DNA of 64,000 nucleotides from a virus (Duplodnaviria; Heunggongvirae; Uroviricota; Caudoviricetes): IMG/VR virus record IMGVR_UViG_2880389630_000005; one strand, 5' to 3'. Shown piece by piece: positions 46,963 to 59,323 of this stretch (position 1 is its first letter; each line of letters starts with the position of its first letter). The notes under the pieces were generated by a model. It saw only the letters and a program-made list of their open reading frames with translations, ran no database searches and was not told where the DNA came from. The position numbers and the translations under genes were made by a program.

Positions 46963-49044
46963 TTACTTATTAACCCAACCTGTAGCATTTGTGTTGCTTT
47001 CCTTTATATAAAGTACTGTATTTCCACCTCCATCAGAACGAGTGTAAATAGAACCAACTGGTGCTCCAACTCCGCTAGATGTTGGGTTGCCTTCTTGCCC
47101 AAATATCACAAGTGAGCTTTTATCTGTAGCTTGATTATTCTGTGTGGCTGATGTTCCAAATGAAACATTCCCTATAAATGACACGCTCTTACAGCTTGAT
47201 GTAGCAAATATACCAACTGATGGTTTATTATTTGCAACGCCATCACGAATTTGATTTGAACTAACAATTACATTTTCTGCACCAGAGTCAATTCGTATGC
47301 CATTATGGTTATTATCTGCGGTAGAAACCCCAACTATAATGTTTGATTGAATAGTAACATTTGAATATTTACCATTAATATGAATCCCATGCAGGGAAAT
47401 ATTTCTAAAGATGTTGCTAGAAATTACAACATCATGCGAAAAACCAGACCCTATAAATTCTTCTGCATTAGTTTCAGAAATCCATAAAGAACTTGATGTT
47501 CCTGAATCGTATTCATTATTAGAGATGATTGATTTGTTAATAAAATCACCTTTGAAAAAACCGATTCCGCCTCTTGCTGTGTTTCCAGTGACAGTTAGTC
47601 CTGAAACCCATCTTGCGTCTACTGCATATGATTGAGACTCTGTAATAAACATGGAATTGTTGGATATTACGATATCTTCATGAAATGCATCTGATGTATC
47701 TGTATATGGATATGTAGGTGCAGCCAGAAGAATCGGGGATCTAACGCCTTCAAAATAATTGCCAACAATGCGCCCCCTCCTTGCCCCCTGTGGTTTTGAT
47801 GATGATGGGAATGGGGTTACATGAACTCCTCGCGCGGTACTGTTATAGAAAGAGCATCCGCTAACCACCCAATCATACCAGTTGAAAACCCTTACCCCGG
47901 CAAAGAGCATTCCATCGAACCTGCAGTTTATGACCCTTATATTTTTGTCCTGATTCCCATATGAATTAGCATGGTTCCCAACCCCCACCCCCCACGCCCC
48001 AAACCCAGTGGTGGTATTTTGTGGATTTGAACCAAAATAACAGTTATCAACAAGAACATTGATGTTTGGGTAATAATCGCCAAGAGATTCAATCCCCGGA
48101 TCTAACTGGATCGCTTCTGAATAATTTCGGTTGGAAAGTGGTTTGAAGCCAAGAAACTTACAGTCTCTTATAATCACCCCTTGCCCGTCAGCAATATCTA
48201 CAGCATGAAAATCGACTACATCAAGAAATGTTACTCCAACAATAGAAAGATTTCTTGGTGAGGAGGCTGCAATGATGTCAAAAGGATCTGTAGGGTGGTC
48301 TTGTCCTCCTCCATCTAGTATTCCGCCTGTTATTTTAATGTTAGTGCCAGTATTAGGGCTTATTCTCAGCATGACGTCATTAGAAAAATTACGTTTAATG
48401 GTTACGCCATCAGTCATCTTTAGGTGAGTATTTGATTTTATTTGCAACTCAGAAAGCAAAGTATATATGCCTGGTAGTGAAAACTGTAGTGTACCTCCTC
48501 CAATGCTATATATTGCATCTAGCGCAAATTGCAGAGCTACTTTATTGTCAGCATTCGATGGATGAGCACCGAAGTCAAGAACATCAATGATTTGTTGGTT
48601 CTTTTGGTGTTGAGTTTGATTTGCTGCTCCGGGGAATGGTTGTTTCACCGACACTAATTCATCCCCATCACCATCATCAAAGGATGCCAACCTCTTCTGA
48701 AACTGATCAGGGTCATACTTCAGCACATTAGGAAAATAAAACTGCTGCGCACCATATGCATCATAAACAGCCATAGAATGGCCCTGTACAGTAACGAATT
48801 TGGCAATCTGTCCGTTATATACAGGGTAACCAGCAGCGTTAATGATGATTGGTTGCGAAACAGGAACGTGAGAACCATCTTCGTTCTCTACATAAACTTG
48901 AATCTGGTTTTCAGGATTTACCGGGTCAGTGTCAATTTTACCGATATAAATTTTGCCATTGGCTACGGCTTTAAAAGAACGCGCCATAGTGAAGAGTTGC
49001 GAAGGCATACTCACTACAACATTGGCATTTATCGAATCTGTCAT
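46963..49044 (-). CDS. Tailspike protein: P22-type head-binding N-terminal domain, divergent beta-helix receptor-binding domain
   Basis: 693 aa; first ~110 aa match the P22/HK620 tailspike N-terminus; remainder Asn/Gly/Ser-rich. Confidence 0.9.
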   Translation of the reverse strand: MTDSINANVVVSMPSQLFTMARSFKAVANGKIYIGKIDTDPVNPENQIQVYVENEDGSHVPVSQPIIINAAGYPVYNGQIAKFVTVQGHSMAVYDAYGAQQFYFPNVLKYDPDQFQKRLASFDDGDGDELVSVKQPFPGAANQTQHQKNQQIIDVLDFGAHPSNADNKVALQFALDAIYSIGGGTLQFSLPGIYTLLSELQIKSNTHLKMTDGVTIKRNFSNDVMLRISPNTGTNIKITGGILDGGGQDHPTDPFDIIAASSPRNLSIVGVTFLDVVDFHAVDIADGQGVIIRDCKFLGFKPLSNRNYSEAIQLDPGIESLGDYYPNINVLVDNCYFGSNPQNTTTGFGAWGVGVGNHANSYGNQDKNIRVINCRFDGMLFAGVRVFNWYDWVVSGCSFYNSTARGVHVTPFPSSSKPQGARRGRIVGNYFEGVRSPILLAAPTYPYTDTSDAFHEDIVISNNSMFITESQSYAVDARWVSGLTVTGNTARGGIGFFKGDFINKSIISNNEYDSGTSSSLWISETNAEEFIGSGFSHDVVISSNIFRNISLHGIHINGKYSNVTIQSNIIVGVSTADNNHNGIRIDSGAENVIVSSNQIRDGVANNKPSVGIFATSSCKSVSFIGNVSFGTSATQNNQATDKSSLVIFGQEGNPTSSGVGAPVGSIYTRSDGGGNTVLYIKESNTNATGWVNK

Positions 49045-49253
49045 TTAATTTGCTCCAGATACAAGGAATCGCCGCAGCATGGCTACGGTGAGTTTTTTGT
49101 GATAAAACAACTTTTTCGGAAGTTATTTTGTTCGCTTTTCGACCTACACTTTTTGTGTAGGTCTCTCCTTCAAGCTCATTGCCTAAGTGTGGCTACGGTG
49201 AATTTTGGGCATAAAAAACCCAGCCGAAGCTGGGTCGTTGCGTTGGTTATCTG

Positions 49254-50156
49254 TCAGTAGTTATGTACTGAAGGAGGTAATTCTTTATTCTTAAGTCTCA
49301 TCCATGCGGAAAGATTCGTTGGTCCGTCTGGCTCATTGATATCAACATCTCGTGTGTGATTGATTAAAACGTCTCTCGCCATTCCGATAACATACGAGAA
49401 CTCATGACCGTAGTCGTAGCATCTGCCGGAATAGTTCGATTGAATTTGTTTTAATGCCGGATACAGTTCGCGGAATAATGCCTGTGAACGGTTAGCATAA
49501 TCCCATAGCCATACAAGGCTGTTTGCTTCTTTTGCGGAAAGCTCGTTGGTTTTCTTCTCTTGTTTGCCGATGAATTCGCCTTCAAGCACTACCCTGTGGA
49601 TGTACTCTACGGCTTGCGGTATCTGAGACGCATCAAGCTCTTCAATACTTTCCACATTGAAACGCTGATGAATCATTGCATAAGCTTCTGGGTACATTAG
49701 ATGCTTTTTGCTGACCAGCATATTTACAGCATCACGAAGCGGAGTCCTGTCATCAACAGATGTTTTCTTACGTGCATTTTCTGCCTTTCCCTTTGTCCAG
49801 TAGTCATGCAGCACGGTAAAGCATTCTTCCTGGTACTGAATCAGTTTATCGCGGATGTCATCACGAACTTTCTCAGGGTTGATGCTGAACAGCCATCCAT
49901 TTAACTTCTTCAAAGGAAGGCAGAGTAGCTTACGAAGCTTTCCATCAGCAGCAACCATATTCATATGAATACAGTTGAACTTATCTAGTTGTTTCATAAG
50001 TTTTTGTTGCTGAGTACCCCAGCTCATTCCGAGGTTTTCAACGATTGGCTTCATCGCAACATATGCAACTCCGGCAGCCATGGCGGTGATAATTTGCTGA
50101 CCGTTGAATGGCACGTAAGAGGTGTTCACTGCTTCTAAAATTGCTATACTATTCAT
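49254..50156 (-). CDS. ant: Antirepressor Ant
   Basis: 300 aa from [10 protein letters not shown]...; position after arc as in P22 immI. Confidence 0.8.
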   Translation of the reverse strand: MNSIAILEAVNTSYVPFNGQQIITAMAAGVAYVAMKPIVENLGMSWGTQQQKLMKQLDKFNCIHMNMVAADGKLRKLLCLPLKKLNGWLFSINPEKVRDDIRDKLIQYQEECFTVLHDYWTKGKAENARKKTSVDDRTPLRDAVNMLVSKKHLMYPEAYAMIHQRFNVESIEELDASQIPQAVEYIHRVVLEGEFIGKQEKKTNELSAKEANSLVWLWDYANRSQALFRELYPALKQIQSNYSGRCYDYGHEFSYVIGMARDVLINHTRDVDINEPDGPTNLSAWMRLKNKELPPSVHNY

Positions 50157-50218
50157 GTTGGTTTTTCTCCAAGGATTTACCGACAACCGAAGCCCTGACT
50201 GTTACCGCAGTTGGGGCT

Positions 50219-50443
50219 TCAACTTTTCACTTCTTTAAAGTGCCTACCTTCTACAGTTGCTCTGAGATAAAAATTCTTATCTTTACCGTTTAGTGCTTCC
50301 CAAGCATCAACAATGCACTTATTACAGATGTGGACTTCTCGATAACCAATAGCTTTCCTGTCAATATTAGTGAACATAACAGCTTCTTTATCTGTCAATG
50401 TGGATGCATGACAGAAGTCGCAATCTATATAAGATACCTTCAT
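50219..50443 (-). CDS. Hypothetical Cys4 (zinc-ribbon-like) protein between arc and ant
   Basis: 74 aa; C-x2-C...C-x2-C; start overlaps arc stop. Confidence 0.4.
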   Translation of the reverse strand: MKVSYIDCDFCHASTLTDKEAVMFTNIDRKAIGYREVHICNKCIVDAWEALNGKDKNFYLRATVEGRHFKEVKS

Positions 50444-50598
50444 ACCGTTATCCCCTCTCTCTTCAGGCTGTCCATCACTCGCTTGTAAATCTCAGAGTTA
50501 ACAGATCGCCCGTTCTCTTCCGCCACCTTACGCACCAAATCCAATACTTCTTTAGGCCACCGCAAATTGAACTGCGGCATTTTGCTCATTCCTTTCAT
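50440..50598 (-). CDS. arc: Arc repressor
   Basis: 52 aa MKGMSKMPQFNLRWPKEVLDLVRKVAEENGRSVNSEIYKRV... nearly identical to P22 Arc. Confidence 0.9.
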   Translation of the reverse strand: MKGMSKMPQFNLRWPKEVLDLVRKVAEENGRSVNSEIYKRVMDSLKREGITV

Positions 50599-50612
50599 AT
50601 TCACCTCACAAT

Positions 50613-50633
50613 ATAGGTCCACCGTGGACCTAT
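50613..50633. promoter_or_regulatory. Mnt operator (O_mnt)
   Basis: ATAGGTCCACCGTGGACCTAT, 10-bp palindromic arms, matches P22 O_mnt. Confidence 0.85.
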
Positions 50634-50640
50634 TGAGAAT

Positions 50641-50661
50641 ATAGTAGAGTGCTTCTATCAT
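50641..50661. promoter_or_regulatory. Arc operator (O_arc)
   Basis: ATAGTAGAGTGCTTCTATCAT is the reverse complement of P22 O_arc. Confidence 0.85.
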
Positions 50662-50688
50662 GTCAATACACTAACTTGGGGTGATGGC

Positions 50689-50943
50689 ATGGCTAGAGAC
50701 GATCCGCACTTTAACTTCCGTATGCCTTTGGAAGTAAGAGAAAAATTGAAATTAAGAGCAGAGGCTAACGGAAGGTCAATGAACTCTGAGTTATTACAAA
50801 TCGTTCAGGATGCTCTCTCAAAGCCATCATCAATTGTAGGCTATCGAGACGAAGCTGAGCGAGTCGCGGATGAGCAATCTAACGTTGTTAAGAAGATGGT
50901 CTTTGAAACGCTGAAAAATATTTATAGCAAAAGTAAGTTATAG
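50689..50943 (+). CDS. mnt: Mnt repressor
   Basis: 84 aa MARDDPHFNFRMP...RAEANGRSMNSELLQIVQDAL nearly identical to P22 Mnt. Confidence 0.9.
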   Translation: MARDDPHFNFRMPLEVREKLKLRAEANGRSMNSELLQIVQDALSKPSSIVGYRDEAERVADEQSNVVKKMVFETLKNIYSKSKL

Positions 50944-50992
50944 GCTTATGACGTACAGTTAACCATATCGATATTGGCTCGCGTGATGACAA

Positions 50993-51712
50993 ATGAAAAA
51001 AAGCAATGGACTCACATTAAAACTTGACGGAACCACCCCTGGCCAGCTGTCAATGGCTAAGTTGGTCAAGTATATGTCTGCTCTCGTAGATCTATACGGT
51101 TCTGCAGATTCTGTTCACTTCGACTGTGTAAGTGAAGGATCGGCTGACTTAAATGCATGGGTCGATAATGATATTTGTTATAACGCTGTCATAGCAAGGG
51201 CCTCTCTCTCAGCCAAAGAGAAATCACCCGCGTATCAAAAAATTGTTAATTTACTGGAACATGATGGTTTTTCAGCGAAACTACTCGGACGAAACCACTC
51301 AACCATTATCGCATTCCCGCGAGTAAAAAAGGAGCCAATCCCTTTACTCATAACAAAAACGTCAGAAGTTCAAGGAAGGCTATACAGTGTTGGTGGAAAA
51401 GACAACTCAATACCTGTGCGTATTGAGGGAGCCAACGGTGAAACATTCAAGTGCGAGGCAACCCCTGATTTGGCGGCAGCTCTTGGGTCCCATCTATTCA
51501 AATATATTAGAGTTAAAGGAGATGGGTGCTGGGAAAAAAAGAACAACAAATGGGAGCTAAAGAAACTAAAAATAACTTCATTTGTATTGCTCAAAAAATC
51601 ATCACTCAAGGATGCTATTAATGCTATCAAGCAAGTTCCTGGAGATCAGTGGTCCGAGGAACGCGATGTTGATTCAATCCTTAGGACTCTGAGGAAGATA
51701 AATTGCGAGTAA
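50993..51712 (+). CDS. Hypothetical protein, partner of PIN nuclease (accessory module at sieA position)
   Basis: 239 aa; no recognisable domain; 3' end overlaps the next ORF by 10 nt. Confidence 0.6.
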   Translation: MKKSNGLTLKLDGTTPGQLSMAKLVKYMSALVDLYGSADSVHFDCVSEGSADLNAWVDNDICYNAVIARASLSAKEKSPAYQKIVNLLEHDGFSAKLLGRNHSTIIAFPRVKKEPIPLLITKTSEVQGRLYSVGGKDNSIPVRIEGANGETFKCEATPDLAAALGSHLFKYIRVKGDGCWEKKNNKWELKKLKITSFVLLKKSSLKDAINAIKQVPGDQWSEERDVDSILRTLRKINCE

Positions 51713-52251
51713 TTTTAGATACCAATATTCTGGTATACCTACTATCAGATATAGAACACGATTATAGATTATCTGACCCTATACTTGGTTCTGAGATTCC
51801 AGATGCCAAAAGAAGAGCAGAAGCTCTTGTTGATCGAATAGATAACAAGAACGGGACAATCATCGTTCCAACTCCTGTATTGGCGGAGTTTTTAGTTGGA
51901 ATCCATAAAGATTACCAACAAGAAAAACTGAATGTTATCAAATCGTTATCGTGCTTCGAGACTGTATCATTTGATGAGTTGGCTGCTATTGAATGCGCAT
52001 CGATACCAACATTAAAAGAATTAAGGAAAATTAGCACAGAAGGTACAGCAAATAAAATTAAGTTTGACAGACAAATAATAGCAATTGCAAGAGCAATTAA
52101 TGCTGACGAGGTATGGACTCATGATAAGGGAGTGTTTGAGCGTTGCAAAAGTCTCAATATTCCTGTGTTCACATTGTCATCAATAGAACCAATTCCGGTT
52201 CAAAGTCTCATGGAGTTCTTACACGATTCAGACGATCAGAGATTACACTAA
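51703..52251 (+). CDS. PIN-domain nuclease-like protein
   Basis: 182 aa; TTG start inside upstream gene; N-terminal ILDTNILV and downstream THDKG acidic positions typical of PIN fold. Confidence 0.65.
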   Translation: MRVILDTNILVYLLSDIEHDYRLSDPILGSEIPDAKRRAEALVDRIDNKNGTIIVPTPVLAEFLVGIHKDYQQEKLNVIKSLSCFETVSFDELAAIECASIPTLKELRKISTEGTANKIKFDRQIIAIARAINADEVWTHDKGVFERCKSLNIPVFTLSSIEPIPVQSLMEFLHDSDDQRLH

Positions 52252-52378
52252 AATATAATTTTTATGCATCCGTGATAATTACATCCGTCACGGATACATA
52301 AAGCTATAGCCAAAAGTGGACAAACCTTTATCTCACTCCAAACCATCTGGTATCCTGCGTAAAACTAAGGAGGTTGGT

Positions 52379-52801
52379 GTGTTTGGTATATTAACGAGAA
52401 GCAAGATAAAAAAATTAAGGGCAGAACTCGCCGAAACACAAAAACTGGCTTCACATTTTTACAAAATGAAATACGACGCTGAAGAGCGTGCATTTGTTGA
52501 GTTATGCGATTTATCTATTCGTATGGGAGTAGAGCCAGATGTAGCGGCAAAAACCCAACAAGGCATTGATATACTTGCAGATGTTGTTTTAAACAGGCAA
52601 TATGCGTTTTATCTAAACGAGAAGGCCATTCAGATTTACTCTCAAATCTTCCTCCTAGAAAAAAGAAGAGGAACTCACGATCGAGAAGAGTGGTTAAATG
52701 AAGTTGTTAAAAAATCTGGCTGGGAAGTTGTTTCATCAGAGCTACCTCTTATTTGTGCTGATTTAATCGAAGAGGCAAAAGAGCGCCTATCCGATGGCTA
52801 A
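52379..52801 (+). CDS. Hypothetical protein (third gene of accessory module)
   Basis: 140 aa from GTG 52379 with RBS aaggagg; longest ORF starts 52316; inverted repeat ATCCGTGA/TCACGGAT upstream. Confidence 0.5.
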   Translation: MFGILTRSKIKKLRAELAETQKLASHFYKMKYDAEERAFVELCDLSIRMGVEPDVAAKTQQGIDILADVVLNRQYAFYLNEKAIQIYSQIFLLEKRRGTHDREEWLNEVVKKSGWEVVSSELPLICADLIEEAKERLSDG

Positions 52802-52825
52802 ACGAATCCATCCGTGGATTACTAA

Positions 52826-54934
52826 TTACTCCCGCTCCATTCCGCTTAGCGATGCCACAATCCCACCCCTCGCTAAGCGCTGAAACTCTTCGTTTCCGAC
52901 GGTATCACGTATCGCTTTTACAGCAGCTTTATTTGCCATAAATCTGCGTTCAGCCGCCGCTAATGCACCATCACTTGCCCCAACCTTAACTGCCTTTGTT
53001 GCCTCTTGAACAGCCTTTTCAATAGCGTAACGACCACTGCGGGATGCAGCTAACTTTTCTATCGTCCCTTTAGCTATAGATCCAGAAACAGCCCCCACAA
53101 CACCGCCAACAATCCCTCCACCAGTGGTACCAACAATAGCCCCTGATGTTGAATTGCCTATTGCATTGAGAACTGTCATGACAGCTTTTGGCAGTCCTTG
53201 CTCAAGAGAGTTAATTGCCGGTATAGAGCGCCCAGTATGCTCTACATATCGCAGTGGTCTGGTTGCTGCTCTGGCAAGGTCGCTGTATGCCCTAGCAATC
53301 TTACCCATTTCTGGCGAGTGCTTGCTAATGGCAGTAATATTCTGCGGCGTAAGGATCGACGCTATATGGAATACGCCAGCAGACTCTGATTTACCGCCAC
53401 GCACCCCTTGCGATACCGCATCTTGTAATATTGATGCAATTGCTGGAGATCGCTCAGACTCTGGCAGTGCGCCAATAATCTGATGAAACTTTCCTGTCCC
53501 ACTTTTTGATGAATTTTGCAAGGCTTTAATACCATCAGTGACTAACTGATCAGTTGCAAGGTTTCTAAACGCTGCTTCAGCCTGTTCTTGTGCTGTAAAT
53601 CTTGCTTTTGACAGATCATTAGCTTTTTGCCAGTCATCAAGAAAACCGCCATTTTGAGCCATTATGCGCATATCTTCCGTTGCTGCATCACGAAGCTCCG
53701 CCATGCGCCTTGCCGTATTTGCCTCACCAGACCTTATATACTTCTGCTCAGCGTCAGCAAGTTTACTTCGCCATGCCTTCATGGCATCAAACGTGATTCC
53801 TTTTTTACCAGTTTTAGCATAAGCAGATGCAAATTGTTTCATCTCAGGAGTTAGCGGCATACCAGCCAAAATATCACCCTGAATTGTAGCGTTCAGGTTT
53901 GACATTCTGGCCTTTGCGTCAGGCATCGTGGAGCGGACGCTATCCCATGCTGCCTTTTCTGAGTTCTTCATTTTATCAATACTTGCTAAAACCCTTTGTT
54001 TTATGGCTGCACTTTTTTCTGATGCAGATCCAGCCTCAGCACCAAGTTCATCAAGTGCTGAGTGGAATTTCGACTGTATTTCACTAAAAGCCCTAGTATG
54101 TGCATCCTGAACAATTCCTGGTTCGGATGCCAATATCCCTTCGGCTTGTGCAATTCCACGACTTCCAGATCGCATTCCTGGTGTTAATGCGTTTATATCA
54201 ATTCCAGCAGACTCAGCCGCTTTTGCTACATCTTCGGACACATTAGCGGCCTGACTGGCAATTGACTGACGCCCAGCACCTGACTTTGCCATCCTGGAAA
54301 CATCATTAGCAGAATTCAGTGCTGCACCACCAAGAGCCTGTGAAACCCTTGGAGCAATAACGCGCCCGACACCTGAAAGAACGCCTTGAGCACCAATATT
54401 GATACCACCGTTAATGGCAGCATTTTGTGCAAAGTCGCCCTCCTGATTTGCAGCATCAGCAAGAGAACCTGCAATCATGTTTCCTGCGGAACCGATATCT
54501 TCAGCGAGCTTTGCTGGCGCTCCAGCAGCTTTTGCCGCTGTGCCAATTGGCAGGAGATACCCACCAATTGTTTCACCGGCTTGCGCGTAAGGGTCTGTCG
54601 GTCGATCGACTGGACGATAGACATCATCCAAAACCTTGGGGCCACCAAGCCCCTGGCTGATTGCATTAATCAGACTTGCGCCACCCTGCAATACGTCAAA
54701 TGGTATGTTTACCAGACCACGACCAGCCTGTTCTGCAATTTGCCCTGCACTTTGACCACCAGTGAGCCAGCCAGTGGCTTTTCCTACCAGAGATTGTTCT
54801 TCTGGCTGCGATTGGTTTTGAGTGGATTGATCACCAGAAGACAGCATCTGAGCAATGCGACGTGCTCCCTCAGTATCACCGGCAGCATCAGCATTCCTTA
54901 ACGCCGTCATCAACTGTTCGCGACTATAGGCCAT
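52826..54934 (-). CDS. DNA ejection/injection protein (P22 gp16-like)
   Basis: 702 aa; Gly/Ala-rich; position downstream of gp20. Confidence 0.8.
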   Translation of the reverse strand: MAYSREQLMTALRNADAAGDTEGARRIAQMLSSGDQSTQNQSQPEEQSLVGKATGWLTGGQSAGQIAEQAGRGLVNIPFDVLQGGASLINAISQGLGGPKVLDDVYRPVDRPTDPYAQAGETIGGYLLPIGTAAKAAGAPAKLAEDIGSAGNMIAGSLADAANQEGDFAQNAAINGGINIGAQGVLSGVGRVIAPRVSQALGGAALNSANDVSRMAKSGAGRQSIASQAANVSEDVAKAAESAGIDINALTPGMRSGSRGIAQAEGILASEPGIVQDAHTRAFSEIQSKFHSALDELGAEAGSASEKSAAIKQRVLASIDKMKNSEKAAWDSVRSTMPDAKARMSNLNATIQGDILAGMPLTPEMKQFASAYAKTGKKGITFDAMKAWRSKLADAEQKYIRSGEANTARRMAELRDAATEDMRIMAQNGGFLDDWQKANDLSKARFTAQEQAEAAFRNLATDQLVTDGIKALQNSSKSGTGKFHQIIGALPESERSPAIASILQDAVSQGVRGGKSESAGVFHIASILTPQNITAISKHSPEMGKIARAYSDLARAATRPLRYVEHTGRSIPAINSLEQGLPKAVMTVLNAIGNSTSGAIVGTTGGGIVGGVVGAVSGSIAKGTIEKLAASRSGRYAIEKAVQEATKAVKVGASDGALAAAERRFMANKAAVKAIRDTVGNEEFQRLARGGIVASLSGMERE

Positions 54935-55409
54935 TACTGCCCTCCGAGATATTTATTAATCAAGTCATCATCAGAAAGCTGCTGTTGAGACGGTTGTATG
55001 TCCTTCCCGTATTTCTGTTGCATACGTTTCTGAGCCATCTCAGTGGTTTTTATGATTGTTTTGATAGCTGCTCTGGCTGATTTTTCAGACTGATTTGGGG
55101 ACAAACTACCAATAGCATCCATTACCTTTTGCCCCTCGGCATTACTTAAAGCCCCCATCCCTTTCATCTGCTGAATGCCAGATAAGAATCCCTGAGATTT
55201 CAGTGTGTCAACCAGAGTTTCTGTATCAGCAGCCTCTGTTCCTGGAATGAATCTACTCGATAGTGGGTTTAGGTTTGTTCCGAAATATCCCGTGAATCCT
55301 GGGCTATTAAGAACTTTTGTAGCCGTCTCTATCGTTCTGGAGAGATTATCCATTCCAGAGTTGTACGCATCGGCCTTATCTCGCTTTGCCTGCTCCATAG
55401 CTTGCTGAT
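54934..55409 (-). pseudogene. Ejection protein gp20-like, C-terminal fragment (split by IS911)
   Basis: Frame joins 56663-57461 when IS911 and one GAT copy are removed. Confidence 0.75.
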
Positions 55410-55481
55410 TGAAGTGGTTTACTGAATTTGGCCACCTGAACAGAGGTGATATGCTCACCTCAGAACAACACAGGTGCCATA

Positions 55482-56629
<1,148 letters not shown>

Positions 56630-56659
56630 CTCGGTGGCCAGTTTTTGTTGACCACTTCA

Positions 56660-57461
56660 GATTCTGCAATCTCTTGTCCTGCAATTCAGCAAGTTTTAAG
56701 GCATTAGTTTCATTTGCGATGAGTCTGTCGTATTTCTTGTCCTCTAATTCCATCCGACGAAGATTGACATTTTGTTGCGCAATATTGTTGCTTGCCCACC
56801 CTCTGGCATTTGTCATGTCATTATTACGGATTGTTTCGTTAATTCTTTGCTGCTCCTGCTGGCGACCAACCATCTTGTCCTGATAATCCAGCATTTTATC
56901 CGGACCAACAGCCCCTAGCGTCATAGTAGTCAGCATGTGTGATAGCTGCTCTGGATTCTGGATACCTGTCTGAATCATCCAGTCAGCATTCGCCCCCACG
57001 CGATTTAACCTGTCCTTGTTGTCAGTAATGAATTTACTGTAGGCTTCCGGTCCCTGAGAAAGAGCGACGTTAGCCCTCATGGCTAAATCGCCCATATCGT
57101 TGCGTTGCTGATCATTAAGACCGGAAAACGCCTGTTGTGCCTGTGCAACAAACGCTGGATTTTCCTGGGCAAACTTAAATAGTCCCGATGGATCACCAGA
57201 AGCCCATGCATCAGCGTGAACCTTATTGAACGCACTAATAGCTTTCTGTTGCTGTTCCTGCTTATAAATATCAGCAACTCCAGCCAGACCACGTAACGCG
57301 GTCAGACCAACGTTATTTGCACCTGATCGAGCCAGTTCATTGTTTTCGCGGATCAGACCAAGCGTTGCGTTAATGTCGCTTGCCTTTGGCGCATTCTCGT
57401 TTTGCGCACCAATGCCAGCCAGAAAACCACCAGAATTAATACCCTGTTGCCACGTAGCCAT
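56660..57461 (-). pseudogene. Ejection protein gp20-like, N-terminal fragment (split by IS911)
   Basis: 267 codons from [12 protein letters not shown]... until the IS911 right end; track ORF 56505-57461 reads into IS sequence. Confidence 0.75.
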
Positions 57462-57471
57462 TGATTACCCC

Positions 57472-58164
57472 TTAAAACAACGAGCCAAGCAGACCAAGAC
57501 CAGCACCGATACCAGCACCCCACGGAGTTGATAGCTCGAGAGCACTGGCTATGCCACCACCCAAAAGCGCACCGGATGCAGCACCACTAACCCCCTGCTG
57601 CAATGCTGACGGTCGGTTGGCGTTTGCCGCAGCCAGCGCCGCGCTTTGCTGTGAAATCTGACTCATGTTGTTGGCATATGTTTGCCCGGCGTTTGCCTGC
57701 CCCTGAAGAGCGCCAAGACCGATATTTGCCAGGTTGTTGTAATTGTTCATTTGTCCAGATAGCCATTGCTGACCAAGCGTTGGTGCGATTGTTGCTAACT
57801 GATTACTTGTTGCGGTGGAACCCAATCCACCTGTTGCTTCCGCTGCCGCCAGACTCTGATAACGAGCCTGCCCTGCAAGGTCTTTATACTGCTGAGAGTT
57901 GTAATACTGGTTAAGTGCCTGACCTTGCCCCTCCAGAGACGATAAGTTCTCGAGGCTGCCGACATACTTCTCAGCCAGAGGAGTAAACGGCTTCAGGTTG
58001 TTCATGATGGTGTTGAACTGCTGATTTTGCAGGTCTGCGGCATACTTCTGGGCTTCTGCTGCATACTTTGCGCTTTTATCAGAGCTACCACCTTTCCCGC
58101 CTTTTTCAGGGCAATAAGGTTCCTCGCCGCGCAGTTTTCTGCCCAGCTTAAATGCATATAACAT
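57472..58164 (-). CDS. Ejection protein gp7-like
   Basis: 230 aa; position and size as P22 gp7. Confidence 0.8.
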   Translation of the reverse strand: MLYAFKLGRKLRGEEPYCPEKGGKGGSSDKSAKYAAEAQKYAADLQNQQFNTIMNNLKPFTPLAEKYVGSLENLSSLEGQGQALNQYYNSQQYKDLAGQARYQSLAAAEATGGLGSTATSNQLATIAPTLGQQWLSGQMNNYNNLANIGLGALQGQANAGQTYANNMSQISQQSAALAAANANRPSALQQGVSGAASGALLGGGIASALELSTPWGAGIGAGLGLLGSLF

Positions 58165-58166
58165 GG

Positions 58167-58622
58167 CTATCTCCCGTGATTCAGGAAGTCGATTAGTTCT
58201 TCGCGTGTGGCGCTGTAAAACGTCACGTCATCCACGCCTTTGAAGTATTTCTTGATGGTTCCTACACGATTAAGGCCAATCATTGCGCAGTACATCTGCC
58301 CGTGGCGGAATTTGCGTGCAGCGAACGATGTGACGCACTGAACGGTGGTGTTAGTCAGAATGTATCGCCAGAACGCCAGCCCGATTTCCTTGCTGAAGCC
58401 GCGAATCTCTGGCAGGTACATGGCGTGGCAATCAAAGGTTAGCGGCTGAATCTCCTGATAGTAAACAATTCCGCCGAACTGCCCGTGCACGTTCACCTCA
58501 AAGTAACGGCATTCAGGTTTGTAGTCGTATCCATCACCGTTGTTGCTCCCGGCGATAATGTCATGGTGATTTCCGACTGCTTCGATCAGGTCGATGTTTC
58601 GCGTTGGTTTGAATGTAATCAT
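58167..58622 (-). CDS. gp14-like head/ejection accessory protein
   Basis: 151 aa; position between tail needle and gp7. Confidence 0.7.
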   Translation of the reverse strand: MITFKPTRNIDLIEAVGNHHDIIAGSNNGDGYDYKPECRYFEVNVHGQFGGIVYYQEIQPLTFDCHAMYLPEIRGFSKEIGLAFWRYILTNTTVQCVTSFAARKFRHGQMYCAMIGLNRVGTIKKYFKGVDDVTFYSATREELIDFLNHGR

Positions 58623-59323
58623 CAGTCAATCAGCCCATGTAATCTAAGTGCCGTTTCAAGCGCCAGAATACGCTGCCGCGCCTGCTGCAAACCTGTAGCG
58701 AGAGCCGCGACTTCGGATTGTGTGTACGTAGTGCCAACCGTGTATGACTGGTTAGCGTTGAATGAGCCAAGAAGAGGTGTACCTGTGGCTGCAGTCCATC
58801 CGGTATTTCTTGCTCCAACAACCTGAATTCCATCAACTGAATATGATGTTTTTACATCCAGCGGTGACGCAAGAGACTGCGATTCGGTTACAGTTTTCGA
58901 TACGTAATCACTCTTAATGTCAGATACATTGCTTTCTACGCCATCCAGTCTTTGGTCAACAGTGACCAGATGCGCCTGAATATCGATAACCTCATCAAGC
59001 AAGTAATCAACATCGCTACGCAGTACGACTATCTTCCCTTCGGCGGTTGTTAACCTGACCTCAAGGAGATTTATCGCTTTTGTGTTTGCGGTGATTCTTG
59101 CATCGTGATCTGCCAGTTCGACGTCCTGTTCATCGTTTTTTACCTGAGCATCGTAAGCGCCCTGACCAGCCTGATTTGCCTTCCCGGCAATTGCGCCAAC
59201 ATCAGCACCCTGATTTATGACATACAGCAGGTAAGACTGGCTGAATATATTGCGTGGCAAAATTGAAGCATCAAGGCGCGTAGCCTGAACCGCGACAGGA
59301 TTATTCAGTGATGAATCCGCCAT
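58622..59323 (-). CDS. Tail needle protein gp26
   Basis: 233 aa; N- and C-termini match P22 gp26 from memory. Confidence 0.9.
   Translation of the reverse strand: MADSSLNNPVAVQATRLDASILPRNIFSQSYLLYVINQGADVGAIAGKANQAGQGAYDAQVKNDEQDVELADHDARITANTKAINLLEVRLTTAEGKIVVLRSDVDYLLDEVIDIQAHLVTVDQRLDGVESNVSDIKSDYVSKTVTESQSLASPLDVKTSYSVDGIQVVGARNTGWTAATGTPLLGSFNANQSYTVGTTYTQSEVAALATGLQQARQRILALETALRLHGLID

Noticed and set aside
46796-47011. 71-aa ORF overlapping the tailspike 3' end
   Set aside because: AT-rich, low-complexity product with no RBS; overlaps the well-supported tailspike gene on the opposite strand.
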